Assembly (NCBI GenBank): GCA_035084275.1
Contig: CM068745.1
Coordinates: 59,954,001 to 60,018,000 of the forward strand
Direction of reading: 5' to 3'
Length of the DNA: 64,000 nucleotides
DNA from: Hydrolagus colliei
Lineage: Eukaryota
Shown piece after piece: positions 26,537 through 38,744 of this stretch; position 1 is the first letter of the stretch, and each line of letters opens with the position of its first letter. The position numbers and the translations under genes were made by a program. The notes under the pieces were generated by a model, which did not search any database, was not told the DNA's origin, and worked only from the letters and a program-made list of their open reading frames with translations.

Positions 26537-28119
26537 CATTTTTTATTCCAAGATTTCCATTTCCAGCATCTTTCTGCAGGCAAATTCAGATCATTCTGAG
26601 TTTTCTAGAACAGAAAAGTAAGGTAGTCTATCGTCTCAGATTCACGTGCTCTGACCAGTTAATTTCAAAGTGAATGCAAAACACTGGGATTGAGTTTCGT
26701 TCATCACCTCACAGAACTCAGATGGATCAAGCATCAAAACACCAGGCATCTTGTGTTATTTCTGTTGTACACTCTATGTGTTTATATCACATCCATCTCC
26801 TTAAACACTCTACAAATCACAGAAATGAAGGATGCAGCTATCAAATATGAATCATATTAGGTTCAATTATTATGACAGAATATAGTTTTTTAATCTCATT
26901 TGATAAATATTGCAGTCAATAAAACATTTAGAGTTACAAGTATATACAAATGGCTAGAAAATATTTAGAATAAATTACAAAATGAATTTAACTGCACCAT
27001 AAAACAGTGTTCATAAATAACCTGGAACATATAAATCAGCCTTTTGGTTCAATATCTAGCTATATAGAACATGCAGAAATCTATTGGAAAAATACATTTG
27101 AACTTTGATGTTAACAGCACCAGAAAGGAATTCTGACAACAATTAGTTCAAGAAATCCAAACAAGTAAGTTATAATGTGAAGGATCAACACAATGCATAA
27201 CCTGCATTTCTCTGATCCTTTCACTAAAAACAGCTTTTTATTCCTGTTCATCAATTCAACTCATTAAATGTTCTGATTGATTTTGGTTATTCACCAAGGT
27301 AAAATCACCAGGTAAAATCTAAATTTTGTAATAATAATGTTTTTTAAAGCTGGAGTCACTCAGTGTAATTATTCTTCCTCATATTGTATATATGCCCATT
27401 TGAGAAAACATTGATAAACCTTGCGATGTAAATATTTTTGCTGTGGAGCCAAATGTACGTAGGCCAGCTTTTCCAATGATGGTGTGAAGCAAGAACGTCA
27501 ACTAAAAATTATCATGATCTGAGTGCAACATCTTAACTTGGAATTTTTATTCAAAACTTTTATGAGTTTGGAGATTGTACAGTTGCACCTCTCCGTATGG
27601 GCATCTCAGTCATGAAAGCAACTAACTGTCCAGGCATAGTATGCCTTTGTTTCCTTTTGATGACTGCAATCCCAAATTTTTGAATATATTTGTATACTGA
27701 ACTGAGTTACAACAAGAATCCGCAGGCACTAAAACCGTCCGCTCTACAGGCAAGAACAAGATTGGTGGATGGTCCAAGGCTTCGTACAAACTATTGTGCC
27801 AAAGTCAGGGCAGGGATATTCACACTCAGACAAATCAATAATTATAGAGTCGTCTGGATGTCAAGCAGTTTAATAAAGAGTAGAATTGAGAGAGGCTGTC
27901 ATCAACCTCCCCTGTTGATGATAAATAGTGTGTGGTTAGAGGTGGGTTATTAAATGGGATAAATTACTTAGAATGTAGTGGGTGAGAGACAGCAGATAAA
28001 GTAAATTGTTCTAATTTATTGTACAATGGAGACATTATAAGCTCTAGCTGAACTTTATTTAGCTCAACTAATGCAATAAACTTTGCTGCGTGAAGGAAAT
28101 ACAAGCCAACCTAGCTACT

Positions 28120-28945
28120 CCTCCTTTTCCCAGTTCCTCTGCCTCTGCCACAGCTGCTCTGACAATGCAACATTTCATACCAGAGCGACTGAGATGTCTG
28201 CTTTTTTCCTCGACTGAGGATTCCCACCAACCGTGGTAGCAAAGGCCCTTGATCGTGTCCGTCCGATTTCCTGCACTTCTGCCCTCACCCCTTCCCCCCC
28301 ATCGCGGAATCGTGATAAGTTCCCCTTGGTCCTCACTTACCACTCTACCAGCTTCACTATTCAACACATCATCCGCAGAAATTTTCGTCACCTGCAACGT
28401 GACCCATCCACCAGGGATATATTTCCCTCCCCTCCCCTCTCCTCTTTGCATTCCGAAGGGACCGTTCCCTCCGGGATTCTTTGGTCCACTCCGCTGTCAG
28501 CACCACCAGCTGCTCTCCTTCCTCTGGCACCTTCCTGTGCCAGCGCAGGAGATGTAATACCTGCCCTTTCACCTCCACCCAGACCACTCTCCAGGGACCA
28601 AAACACAGCTTCCATGTGAGACAGCAGTTCACATGTACTACCACCAATGTAGTATACTGTATCTGCTGCTCACGGTGTGGTCTCCTCTGCATTGGGGAGA
28701 CCAAGCACAGATTGGGAGACTGATTTGCAGAGCATCTTCGCTCTGTACAGAAGATCAACCCTGATCTTCCAGTCTCTCTCTATTTCAACTTGTGCTTACA
28801 TTCAGAGGCTGATCTTTCGATCCATGGTCTCCTGCGCTGTTCCAGTGACCCACAGTGAAAGCTTGAGAAACAGCACCTCATCTATCTACTGGGGACACTA
28901 CAGCCGTCTGGCCTCAACATTGATTTCAGCCATTTCAGGCCATAG
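28120..28945 (+). pseudogene. Disrupted Penelope ORF C-terminus: RT thumb, Cys linker, GIY-YIG endonuclease
   Basis: FSQFLCLCHSCSD (PxSQFLRLRRICS-like), FPLVLTYH, CQRRRCNTCP, FTCTTTNVVYCICCSRCGLLCIGETKHRL, FAEHL, GTLQPSGLNIDF; frameshifts and stops. Confidence 0.88.
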
Positions 28946-29245
28946 GAGTTTCGCCTCCACCCACCCCCCCACCACCCTCTCCCCCCATCACAATCATAAC
29001 TCCAGACACCCCCTGCCTCTCTGTTGTTTTGTTTGTTCTATCACCACTAAACACCTCTTCTCCCCAGTTTTGTTGAAACCCACCCACTTCTGTTTCTCCC
29101 CCTGAAGCCGTTAACACATATTCAACCCATCAGTTAACACACTCTTTTTTTCCTTTTCCTTTGTCTTTTTTGTCTCTTTTGTATTCCACGTCCTGCCTCT
29201 CCCCCTTTAACGTTCTTAAGAAACCTTTCCCTCCAAACAAGCCCC

Positions 29246-29282
29246 AGTTCTGATGAAGGGTTGTAGATCCGAAACATTGACT
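29246..29282 (+). ncRNA. Minimal type I hammerhead ribozyme motif (this copy probably inactivated)
   Basis: AGTT CTGATGA A GGGTT GTA GATCC GAAA C ATT GACT: helix I AGTT/GACT, core CUGAUGA and GAAA, helix II 5 bp; the consensus ACGT helix-III palindrome reads ACAT here. Confidence 0.75.
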
Positions 29283-29861
29283 CTTTTTCCTTTCTCCATG
29301 GATGCTGCTTGACCTGCTGAGTTTCTCCAGCAACTTTTGTTTTTAGTTTCAGATTCCCAGCATCTGTAGTATTTTGTGTTTTGAACCTAGCATGAATGTT
29401 GATCTGACTCTGTACACTCAAACTGCACAGGGAAATAACTACATATAAAAACACAGCTTTCAGAACCATTGCATTCGGTGGAAACATGAAACAACTTCCA
29501 GATGAAAGGCATGATAAAACTGGTTTCTTAAAGAAAGTGTGAAATTCTTTACATGGTTTTTAACTTAAGCAATTCGATCAGATCATTGTTCAGATTATAT
29601 CTTGAAGTGCTCCATGATAGAAACACAGGAAAAAAATCTTTATTCAAGATTTCTTTTTTACAGATGAAGAGAGCAGTTTAATTGGATTATTTGTGCTCAT
29701 CCAAATCATTTTGTTTGAAATCATTATCTAATATGCTTGCCCCTTATGAAAGATTATGAAATAGTTCTTCTTTGATTTCCATTCTCTTTGGTCTGTAGCT
29801 GACATTTAACCCTCAACTTAAAAAAAATATATATCTGTAATCTTGTAGAGTTGTTAATTCT

Positions 29862-29911
29862 GACTTCTGTTTTTGTTTCAGATTTCCAGCATCTGTAGTA
29901 TTTTGTGTTTC
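29862..29911 (+). mobile_element. Penelope pLTR 3' tail fragment
   Basis: Matches 29333-29382. Confidence 0.75.
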
Positions 29912-30385
29912 ATTTATTATACTGTCAGGGATGCCATCTTTCACAGGAATGGCTCCTGGTTTATTAGAAAACATCTGATATCAAATATACTATTATGTTT
30001 TCCTGGTTACATCTACAACTCATGCCTATGTTTTGTAAAAAGATGAATTAGTTGGTTGATTCCAGATAAGATAATAAAATGCATAGCCCTGATTTTATTA
30101 CACAATGTCAACAGCATTGGTCTAAATCAAATCTGAGCATTATGTCTAATATTAAGGTAACCATGCAACAAAACATATAATCAGTGAAGCAGGTAGCCAA
30201 AAGCCTCACAACTATCAATTTATTTGATTTTAAGCTACCACATTTCACAGTGTCTTCATTGTGCTTATTTATTTTGGTCAGCCAGGTGTAAATATACTCA
30301 ATCCAAATCAAGGGTATGTTTGTAGTTACTTTATTTGTTAATTTAAACACTTAAAATCACCAGTGTACTTTTGGACTTCCTTCAT

Positions 30386-30733
30386 AGAGTCCTGTAACTC
30401 AGTTGTAGAGCACTCGACTCCCAAGCGAGAGACCTTCATTTCCCAGCAAGGCAAAATGTTCGGCAAGTTTCCTTACTGCACATGCCTCAGTTACCAAGCA
30501 GTAAGGAGGATCCTGATTGTTAGTCAAACGGTGGATCACTTTTCTGGAGGTAATAATTCCTCCAAATAAAATTGGTCAGTCAATCCACGACTATTTGTGG
30601 GACACTCCTGTGCGCTATTGGCTGCCACATTTCACCCACAATATATGCAGTCAATTCATTTTACAGTATATTCTGTGAAATGCCTCAAAGACGTAATAAG
30701 GCAGTATATCAATGCAAAGCATATTATATTATT
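30386..30733 (+). mobile_element. tRNA-derived SINE, long subfamily
   Basis: Same head and tail plus an extra block GCCTCAGTTACCAAGCAGTAAG..GATTGTTAGTCAA..GGATCACTTT. Confidence 0.85.
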
Positions 30734-31454
30734 CCTGCACTTCTTCTTGTTGTCCATTTGCTTAATTGTCAATTTTCTCTTAAAGGAGTAACCAACATTC
30801 CTCCATTCATCTTGAGCGACTCTTGTAAAGGAATGCAGGTGTCTGACACATGCAAAAACTCAGCATCATATTTAAGAGAATCCAAACCATGGTTGCATAT
30901 CTGCCAGCTATATATTAAAATTTCCTTGTGCTTGTTTCATTATGCTTATCTGATTGAAGCCTCGTCTAGATTACATGTTACACACATAGGAACTTTGGTT
31001 AGTAACGGAAATCAACACAAGTCAGACCTCAGTAAATTACAGATATCAGATCTTGTGTTTGGTTCAGTTGATGCTGTTCTATCTTTAACAACAACAACAA
31101 CTTTGATTTATATAGTGCCCTCCACTCCAGATGGTGTCCATATCTTTAGCTGTTGATAAGAGCTATAATCCAAAACACTAGCTCTCATCTTCAGTGCCTA
31201 ATCTTTGAACACAACCACAAGTAGCTCAATCTGTACACAGGAATGTTTTGGAGCAGCCATTTAACATTTTTAAACAAAGCAAAAATTGTACAAGGAGCTG
31301 GAGTGGACACAATATAAATGAAAACGTGCCTGTTAAGATTCCGTTGCTTACACCTTATTAGAGTGCAATTGAACACAAGTAAGATTATATTGCTTTCCAG
31401 TGTTATCATTATTAATCATGCATCCTAAAGGAGACTGAGCATAATTCTTACATG

Positions 31455-31592
31455 AAATAAAACACACAATACTGCAGATGCTGGAAATCTAAAACACAAA
31501 CAGCAACGGCTGGGAACACTCAGCAGGTCAGGCAGCATCTATGGAGAAAGAAAGGTGGGTCAACATTTAGGGTCCACAACCCTTCATCGTGG
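31455..31592 (-). mobile_element. Solo Penelope pLTR inserted in a SINE tail
   Basis: Reverse copy of 29252-29383 starting inside the hammerhead core; perfect 10-bp TSD TTCTTACATG (31445-31454 and 31593-31602). Confidence 0.88.
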
Positions 31593-31602
31593 TTCTTACA
31601 TG

Positions 31603-31905
31603 TTTCATCATATAATTGAGATGTCTCAAAGAACTTCACAGAATATATTGTAAAGTGCAGTAACTGTGTAAGTTTTCAACGAAACATGGCAGACCACAGT
31701 GTCCACAAACAGTCATGGAGTGAGTGACCACATTTTTGGGGGGAGTGATTATTACCCCCAGAAAGCAATTCACTAATCAACTAACAACCAGAAAAACAGG
31801 CATCTGGATAAGAAAACTTGCCCAAGGTTTTGCCCTACCTGAAAATCAAACCTGAGTCCTCTTGCTTGCAAGATGAGGGCACTAGCCACTATATTACAGG
31901 ACTCC
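31603..31905 (-). mobile_element. tRNA-derived SINE, long subfamily
   Basis: Reverse orientation; head ends TACAGGACTCC. Confidence 0.8.
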
Positions 31906-33482
31906 ACAAACAAACTGTCACAACTTTTGCCCAATGTTTGCAACCCGATTCTTAATTATTTTTGTTATCTTAAATTTGTGGCTTCTCTTTACCAACTTGT
32001 GGGCCAGTGGAAATATATTGCTATTTATCAGAAAAGAACTCTTCATAAGCTTACAGAACTCTATTGTGTCATCTGATAAAAAAAAGCCTTAATTTCAGAC
32101 CTTAATAACATCTCATCACAGTGCATAGCACTTTTCTTATTCCTTTTACATTTTTCCTATATTGGGTCCCCCCATATTGTCTGAAGAAATCCAACGTTAC
32201 TCATACATCAATAGTTTCCTTACCTCTGGTTATAAAACTAAGGAATCCATTTGCTTATTTAAGGGCTTTTCTACCTGTAAGTTTGCTTTAATGATTTGCA
32301 TGTCTACACAGCAATGTGTTTTGTCTGTAGTTGTGTTTCATCTGCAAAGCTCTTCTGCCTTGGGTTACTGCTCTGCTTTTCTACTCCATTGAAAATCCTA
32401 ATCCTATAATTTAAGGTTCACAGTATTTTCAGGTTGATCAATCTACAATTTACTGTGCTTCTCACCTTCTTACATGCCAATTTTTAAGCCATTTTGTGTA
32501 TTAGGCTACCTAATTGTTTACTTCATTTTCCAAACCTTGGAAGCCTCTCAGAAGTTTTTTTTACACACAACCTATGGTTTCACATTCAGCAGTGTAACAA
32601 AAGCAACAAATTGCATTTATATAGCACCTTTCACATCGGGAGGCCAGCTCAATGTACAAGACACTTGAGGATTGAAGCCTCTTAATGGTCTCAAAGATCA
32701 GAATAAAGAGAAAGAACATCAACCCTCTCTATTTTCCTTTGTTTCCCAGCCAAGAGTTATTTCATATAAAACAAATCAGTGTAAAATCCAATATCTTTCC
32801 TGTCCAGACTGAATTTAAAAAAATCTGAAACGAGGTGTTAAAACTGAAGGACTTATGTTAAAGTAATAAATTCACTTTTCCATTCTTATAGAATTATTAA
32901 TCGCCAACCATACTTTCTCTGCATAAATGTGACCTGCTTTTTAATAAAAAGCCTCAATGGCAGATTGTTTTTCTCTGGGGGTTTGACAGGATCTAAACTG
33001 AAAAAAGGATCAAAATAGAGTGCATGGGGTCTGGGAGAGGCTGCGACTCCTACAAAGTGAACCCTCAGGGAAAAACCTCCCTAGCTATGACACAAGGGAA
33101 CTACTTTCCAGAAGGCTTTACTTACAGGAAGTTTAGTAATGCAGAATATCCTGGCACCTTCTGTTTGCACTGAATTCGAAGAGCCACTGATTGAATGACT
33201 CTCTGGACCATGAACATAGCAGCCTCATGCGTCAGTTCTGTTTAAATGTGACTAGTTTTAGTTTTACGGAAAACAAGAACATAAACAAAGAAAACTCAAC
33301 AAGTATTAAGGCTTTTACAGTCTCTTTTGTGGGTGGGCAATTATTTGGGGGGGGGGCTCAAGATAAATAACCTGAATGATATTCAAGTTCATTACTTTGC
33401 ATTCAATATATCAACAGGTTTTGGCAGTCAGCTGTGATGTGGCACAGCTTAGTGAAATATCTATTTCTAGCAACCAGCACAA

Positions 33483-34521
33483 TAGGGTCCGTCGATATGG
33501 AAATTTTCCGATTAAATATATAGATGGGCTCATATCGAGATATACCGAAATATCAATATTTTGGTTTTTTTCGTATTGCGCATGTGCGCGCGGCGCACGC
33601 ATTCGGAGTGCGCGCGCATACGGAATGCGTGTGCGTTTCCGGGTGCACGCGCATTCCGGGTGCGCGCGCATTCTGGGCCTATCTTCTCAGGAGGTAAATA
33701 TCTTTTTCTCTCTGTGTCTCTCACTCTCTCCATCTCTGTGTTTTTCTGTCTGTGTGTCTCTGTGTCTCTCTCCCTCTCTCCTCTCTCACAACCCCCCCAT
33801 CTCTATCTATCTGTATATTATCACATCCACCCCGTCTCTTCCCCCCCCTCCCCCCGTCCATCTCTCGCACCCCCCACCCCCGTCGTCTCTCTCCCCCACC
33901 ACCCCCCCAGCCATCTCTTTCTCCCTCCCACCCCCTGCCATCTCTCTCTCCCTCCCCCCCCAGCCGTCTCTCTCCACCCCCCCAGCCGTCTTTCTGCCCC
34001 CAGCTGTCTCTCTCCCCCTCCCCCCAGCCGTCTCTCTCCCCCTCTCCTCCCTCCCCCCAGCCGTCTCTCTCCCCCCCTAGCCGTCTCTCTCCCCCTCCCC
34101 CCAGCCGTCTCTCTCCCCCTCCCCCCAGCCGTCTCTCTCCCCCTCCCCCCAGCCGTCTCTCTCCCCCTCTCCTCCCTCCCCCCAGCCATCTCTCTCCCCC
34201 CCCAGCCGTCTATCTCCCCCTCCCCCCAGCCGTCTCTCTCCCCCTCACCCCCCCCCAGTAGTCTCTCTCCCCCTCACCCTCCCACCCCCCCAGCCGTCTC
34301 TCTCACCCCCCACCCCTTGCATACCTGTATATTGTATTCGAGGACTGTGAATACAATATGGCGGCTTTGCACCTCGGTCTGTGCATTGTGTATAGAGATG
34401 AGCATTCTGGGTCTTGTAGTTCAGTGTGCTCGCATCCCGATTTTTTACCTCGATATATAGATTTTTCGATATATCGATATTTTTGAAATGTCTATATTGG
34501 CGTATCGATATGAAAATTATA
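33483..34521. mobile_element. hAT MITE copy 2 (right end deleted)
   Basis: Starts TAGGGTCCGTCGATATGG; opposite orientation to copy 1; about 20 VNTR units; last ~40 bp including the TIR missing. Confidence 0.88.
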
Positions 34522-36807
34522 GTAAACAAGTAAACAAAGAATGGATTTAGAAGTATTGTGATTTTGATTCCTTATTCATTGTTAAAAAAAGATGTACCTA
34601 GAGAAAAAATAAATAACAGTGACAATATGTTCTCCCAACATGAAAGGCACTCTACAAATATAATTTATTATTGCTGTTAATACCAATAACGTAAAAAGTT
34701 TTCCAAACACAGAATTGTTATCAACATTTGATCATCTAGTTTGAAATTTCTTGCAAGACAGCAGAATTTATAACATGTCAAAAAATAAAATTACATATGG
34801 ATCGAAATATGTATGTGTGTATCTAGTATATACACACTCAACCCATAAACCTACACACCCACACTCTCCCCCCACCCACAACTTCACCCTTTCCCCACAC
34901 CCCCACACAGCCCATCCTCCCACTCACTCCCCTTCTCCCCCTCCTCCCCCCTCTACACACACACCCACATTTCCACACTTCTATTCACATAAAATCACAT
35001 CAAAAACAGAAACTTAAAATAAATTAACATTTGGGTTAAAAATCAAGAAATTATAATCACAGGCAATGGGATGATTCTGGGTGTTGTTTGGCTGAGAAGA
35101 CGATGATAACAACAGCAATTTCTATTTATATAGCACCCTTCATGTGGGGTAGCAATTTGGGAGGGATAACTACAACCATTTATATTGTGCCTTCCATATC
35201 GCGAGGACTTTTCAGACAGTAAGATTTACGAACCTTCTGAGGTTTTTCTGCAATTTGTTTTAGAGAATTTGGTTTAAATATCGGTACTGTTTCCCGTAGA
35301 TTTCAGGAGCAAAATTTAAGACAATTAGTTCTGTGCCTACCAGTTTGCCGATGCACATTTTCAAATTCTGTTTCCACAATGATCTTCCATTATATTTCAT
35401 CAGTTCTTTGCATCTTGACCAAGTAAACCTTCTTTGGGTATATCTTTCCTTTGTGCTTGATTCTTTCCACAAGCAGTAAAAATATTATGAGAATAAAGCT
35501 CTCATTGATCCTGTCAGTGAACTATAAGAGCTATCCTAATATACCCTTTTTCTCTTATCCTGTTATTCCCCCCCTCCCCCGCCAGTGGTGAGCCCCACCA
35601 TTGTCAAGCACTCTGGAACGCTATTCTACATGAGGGGTGCTTTATAAAGGCAAGTTGTTTTTGTTCTCTCACTTTTCTGCAGAGTCCATCTGGTTTGCTG
35701 AAGCTATTATTTCTTTCCCTTCCCCCCCGCTTCCATTCTGTCTTTCATTCGCCTCCCGATATTTTCACTGGACCTCTTTGACTTTTACTGTGGATGTGGT
35801 GGTACTCCTGACAGGAAAGGCACTATACAAATGTAATTTTGTATTGTATCTCTACAGTAGCTTCTTGCTGAAAAGTAGAAGGGAAACAAAAGGGGAAAAT
35901 GCCCCACTGTGAGACATAAATTGTTTATGCTTCCAAGAGGAACAGAATGAAGGTTTCATTACTAGAATCAGTTCATCCAGGATGATTTAATAGGCATAAC
36001 AACAGGTTTTAGCTGCATAAAGTAGGGTGTCAGCTGTGGATGAGTGTGACCATTAGATTGACAGGAGAAACAATTGGCTGTGAGCAGTCAACCAACCTGT
36101 GTCCTCGGACACAAGGATGTTGTGACATTGCAACTGGAGAAGAACAATCTAAACAGCATCAAAAGAGCTTTAAGCTGAAAACTAAGCCCTTGGAGAGCTC
36201 CCCGCTTCCTGCTCCCTCTTGGTGTGCAATACAGGTGGTTCAAGAAGCCTCTCTTGATTCCTGATGCTTCTCTTCATAATTTCCAGTTGCAAGCAACAAA
36301 GAGAAACCTCTCTGTGATATTCTCTTTTACTTTACGTATCAGGGGTCCCATGGTAGGTGGTCCTCAGAAAAAAGCATGACAACTGAATGCGTTTGTCTCC
36401 TTGACAGTCTTCTGTATGTGACTGAACCACTTTCTGATATGCTGCCAAGGTTTCACTGTTGTGAAAAATCAAAGCAGCTCAACGGCGCTATTCCCAGGCT
36501 GTTCTTTGTGTTCTGAAGCTTGGTCCAGTCACGGTGGTCCCAGAGATGGGGCCTCAGCTGCCATTCCATAACAATCTGTATTTCCTGCTCCACATATCTT
36601 GGTTTACCCGCCAACCATTTATGGAGAACAAATCTGGAAGGGACAGGGCCATTGCTGCCAAGAAAAAAAACTACAGAAAGAATAAAATATGAATGGACTA
36701 CATTAATTTTAAGTTCTCCCTTCATCTAGGACCACTCTCCCCCTCCCCACCCCTCAACTTGTAGCAAGGCTAAAATTTATCTCAGAGACTTGTGCTCTGT
36801 TTAGCTT

Positions 36808-36990
36808 TTGTATTGTGAATTGACAGTGTACTTTGTGGCAAAACGCGGCAGCCAATTGTGCACAACAATGTCCAATACACAGTCATGGATTGAGTGTCCA
36901 AATTTTGTTTTGTCATGTTTTTTAAGTGATTATTATCCCCAGAAAGTGATCCTCCAATCAACTAACAACTGGGATCCTACTTACTCCACC
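36808..36990 (-). mobile_element. SINE internal fragment (long subfamily)
   Basis: CGCGGCAGCCAATTGTGCACA and CCCCAGAAAGTGATCC..ACTAACAAC blocks. Confidence 0.7.
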
Positions 36991-37084
36991 TACACCCCAT
37001 TGTCTGCCTCTGAACGTACATTACGCCAAATGCAGATGAAACTCTTATACTGTAAATACTTTTTTCACCTCCCTCCTAAATTAC

Positions 37085-37720
37085 TCAAACGTACTAGCCA
37101 GAACACTCTCCCTCATTCCCTCCACATTACCCCCTCCCATTTTTCAATTCCTGACTGAAAACCTTCCTTTTCAATCTTGCATCAGGTCACTTCCTCCACA
37201 CCTCCCCCAGCCAGTCTCCAGCCCTGTTTAGTGCTCTGAGACTCTGCCCTTAGGGTGCCATATAAATGCAAGTCGTTGTTGTTATCACCTCTTTGAGATG
37301 TCTCAAATCACTTCAAACAACATACTGTGAAGTGAATTTAGTATATTTTGTGGGTGATTTTTGTCAAGAAAGATCACATTTTGAAGAATTAGATATTTAT
37401 ATTTAAAGGCCATATAGTAGACACAGCAAATTCTTAATTATCATAGGTTGTCAACAATATGTTTGGGGTGGAACAAAAGGCACGATCGAAGAGGAAAGTC
37501 TTCAAATCGGCCTTGAAAGAGGAAAGGGAAGAGGTGAAACGGAGGGATTGAGGGATGGCATTCCATAAGGTGGGAGCGGAGAAATTGAAGGCCCGGCCTC
37601 CGATGGTGGGGCGGTTCGGGCGGGGGGCTTGGAGCAGGCCAAGTCCTGTTGAACGGAGGGTGCGGGTGGGCATGTAGGGGGAGAGTAGATCGGCTAGGTA
37701 GGATGCGGCAAGGCCGTGTA
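37085..37720. mobile_element. L2 fragments (37085-37283 on +, 37460-37720 on -) plus a SINE piece
   Basis: L2 tail GTGCCATATAAATGCAAGTCGTTGTT; minus ORF PTRTLRS..IGGRAFNFSAPTLWNAIP..FKADLKTFLF. Confidence 0.8.
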
Positions 37721-38744
37721 TTCTTCGGAGCTCTGATTTACCCCTGCAACTGTAATTTAACGTGAGGTATTATCACAGTTCCATGCTTGTATACTTTCAT
37801 GAATTTTAGAACTGTTCCTAGTACTGTAGTTCAGCACTTAAGGCAATGGGGTCAAATTTGTGGTATTTTCAAACACATTCCATTCCTTATTTAAGGAATA
37901 GCACTAACATAGCTTTTAATAATCATCTCCCCTTCCCTTAACCTTTGGATAATGGTAATGTCTAAACCTGCCTGAGAAGCAGAATTCCGGCTTCTGTTAT
38001 CTAGCATAATTTTTAGAGTGCATAGAAACTTTCAAACTTAGGAAGAGGATAGTGGTCTGACACAATTTGCATCGGGCCAGCTTCCCGTTAACTAAAATGA
38101 GAGACCATTTTCTTGTGGTCACCATAGAGATTTCACCAAATTCTCAGCCAGCCAGCCACACTCCCTCCTTCTTAAAGGTTGTAGCCATTCTGACCATTGG
38201 ATGTTCTGTGCATAGCAATCAACTACTAATCTATGAAATACTGACTTTGCTCAGCTTTTTATATTTACTTTAGCCAGTATGCCACAAACCAGCAGTCTCA
38301 TGTCACATAAACACACTGGAAGTCAATATACAGTACTTATCTACTGTATAGTGACTTGTTTCTAGAATGGTTTTCCTATGGGTTGGAAGAACTCATTTTG
38401 ATTGCTGAAAGAGGATTTTATTTGCCACTTAGGAGGCTTGTTGAAAACAAATGAGCATACATGGTATTAATGAAAAATGTAGCAACAAGGATAGAAATTT
38501 GATGGGTGAAAGAACAGAGGTTGGGATCACATGGTTGTCATTCACAATTGAGAGATATAAATAGAGCTGTAAATAGAGATGGGACACCGCTGTGCAACTT
38601 GGGACATCATTCCGATGTGAATGGACCTGGCAGTGGGTCAATTCTGATAAAGATAATAATGAGAATAGATTGATTAACAGTGCTAATCAGGGCATCAGTG
38701 TTGATAAAACACAATATATTGCCAAATAAAGTACCTTTAAGTTA

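Larger units (their letters stand above)
28116..29383 (+). mobile_element. 5'-truncated Penelope-like retroelement (Neptune-like)
   Basis: RT thumb relic, Cys-rich linker, GIY-YIG relic, pyrimidine-rich 3' UTR, terminal repeat; 8-bp TSD AACCTAGC (28108-28115 and 29384-29391). Confidence 0.9.

Noticed and set aside
30572-31156. 194-aa ORF
   Set aside because: Starts within a SINE and ends in an L2 tail; no recognisable motifs.
33830-34315. Repeat-spacer appearance suggesting a CRISPR array
   Set aside because: Spacers are low-complexity C-runs, there are no cas genes, and the context is vertebrate; it is a minisatellite.
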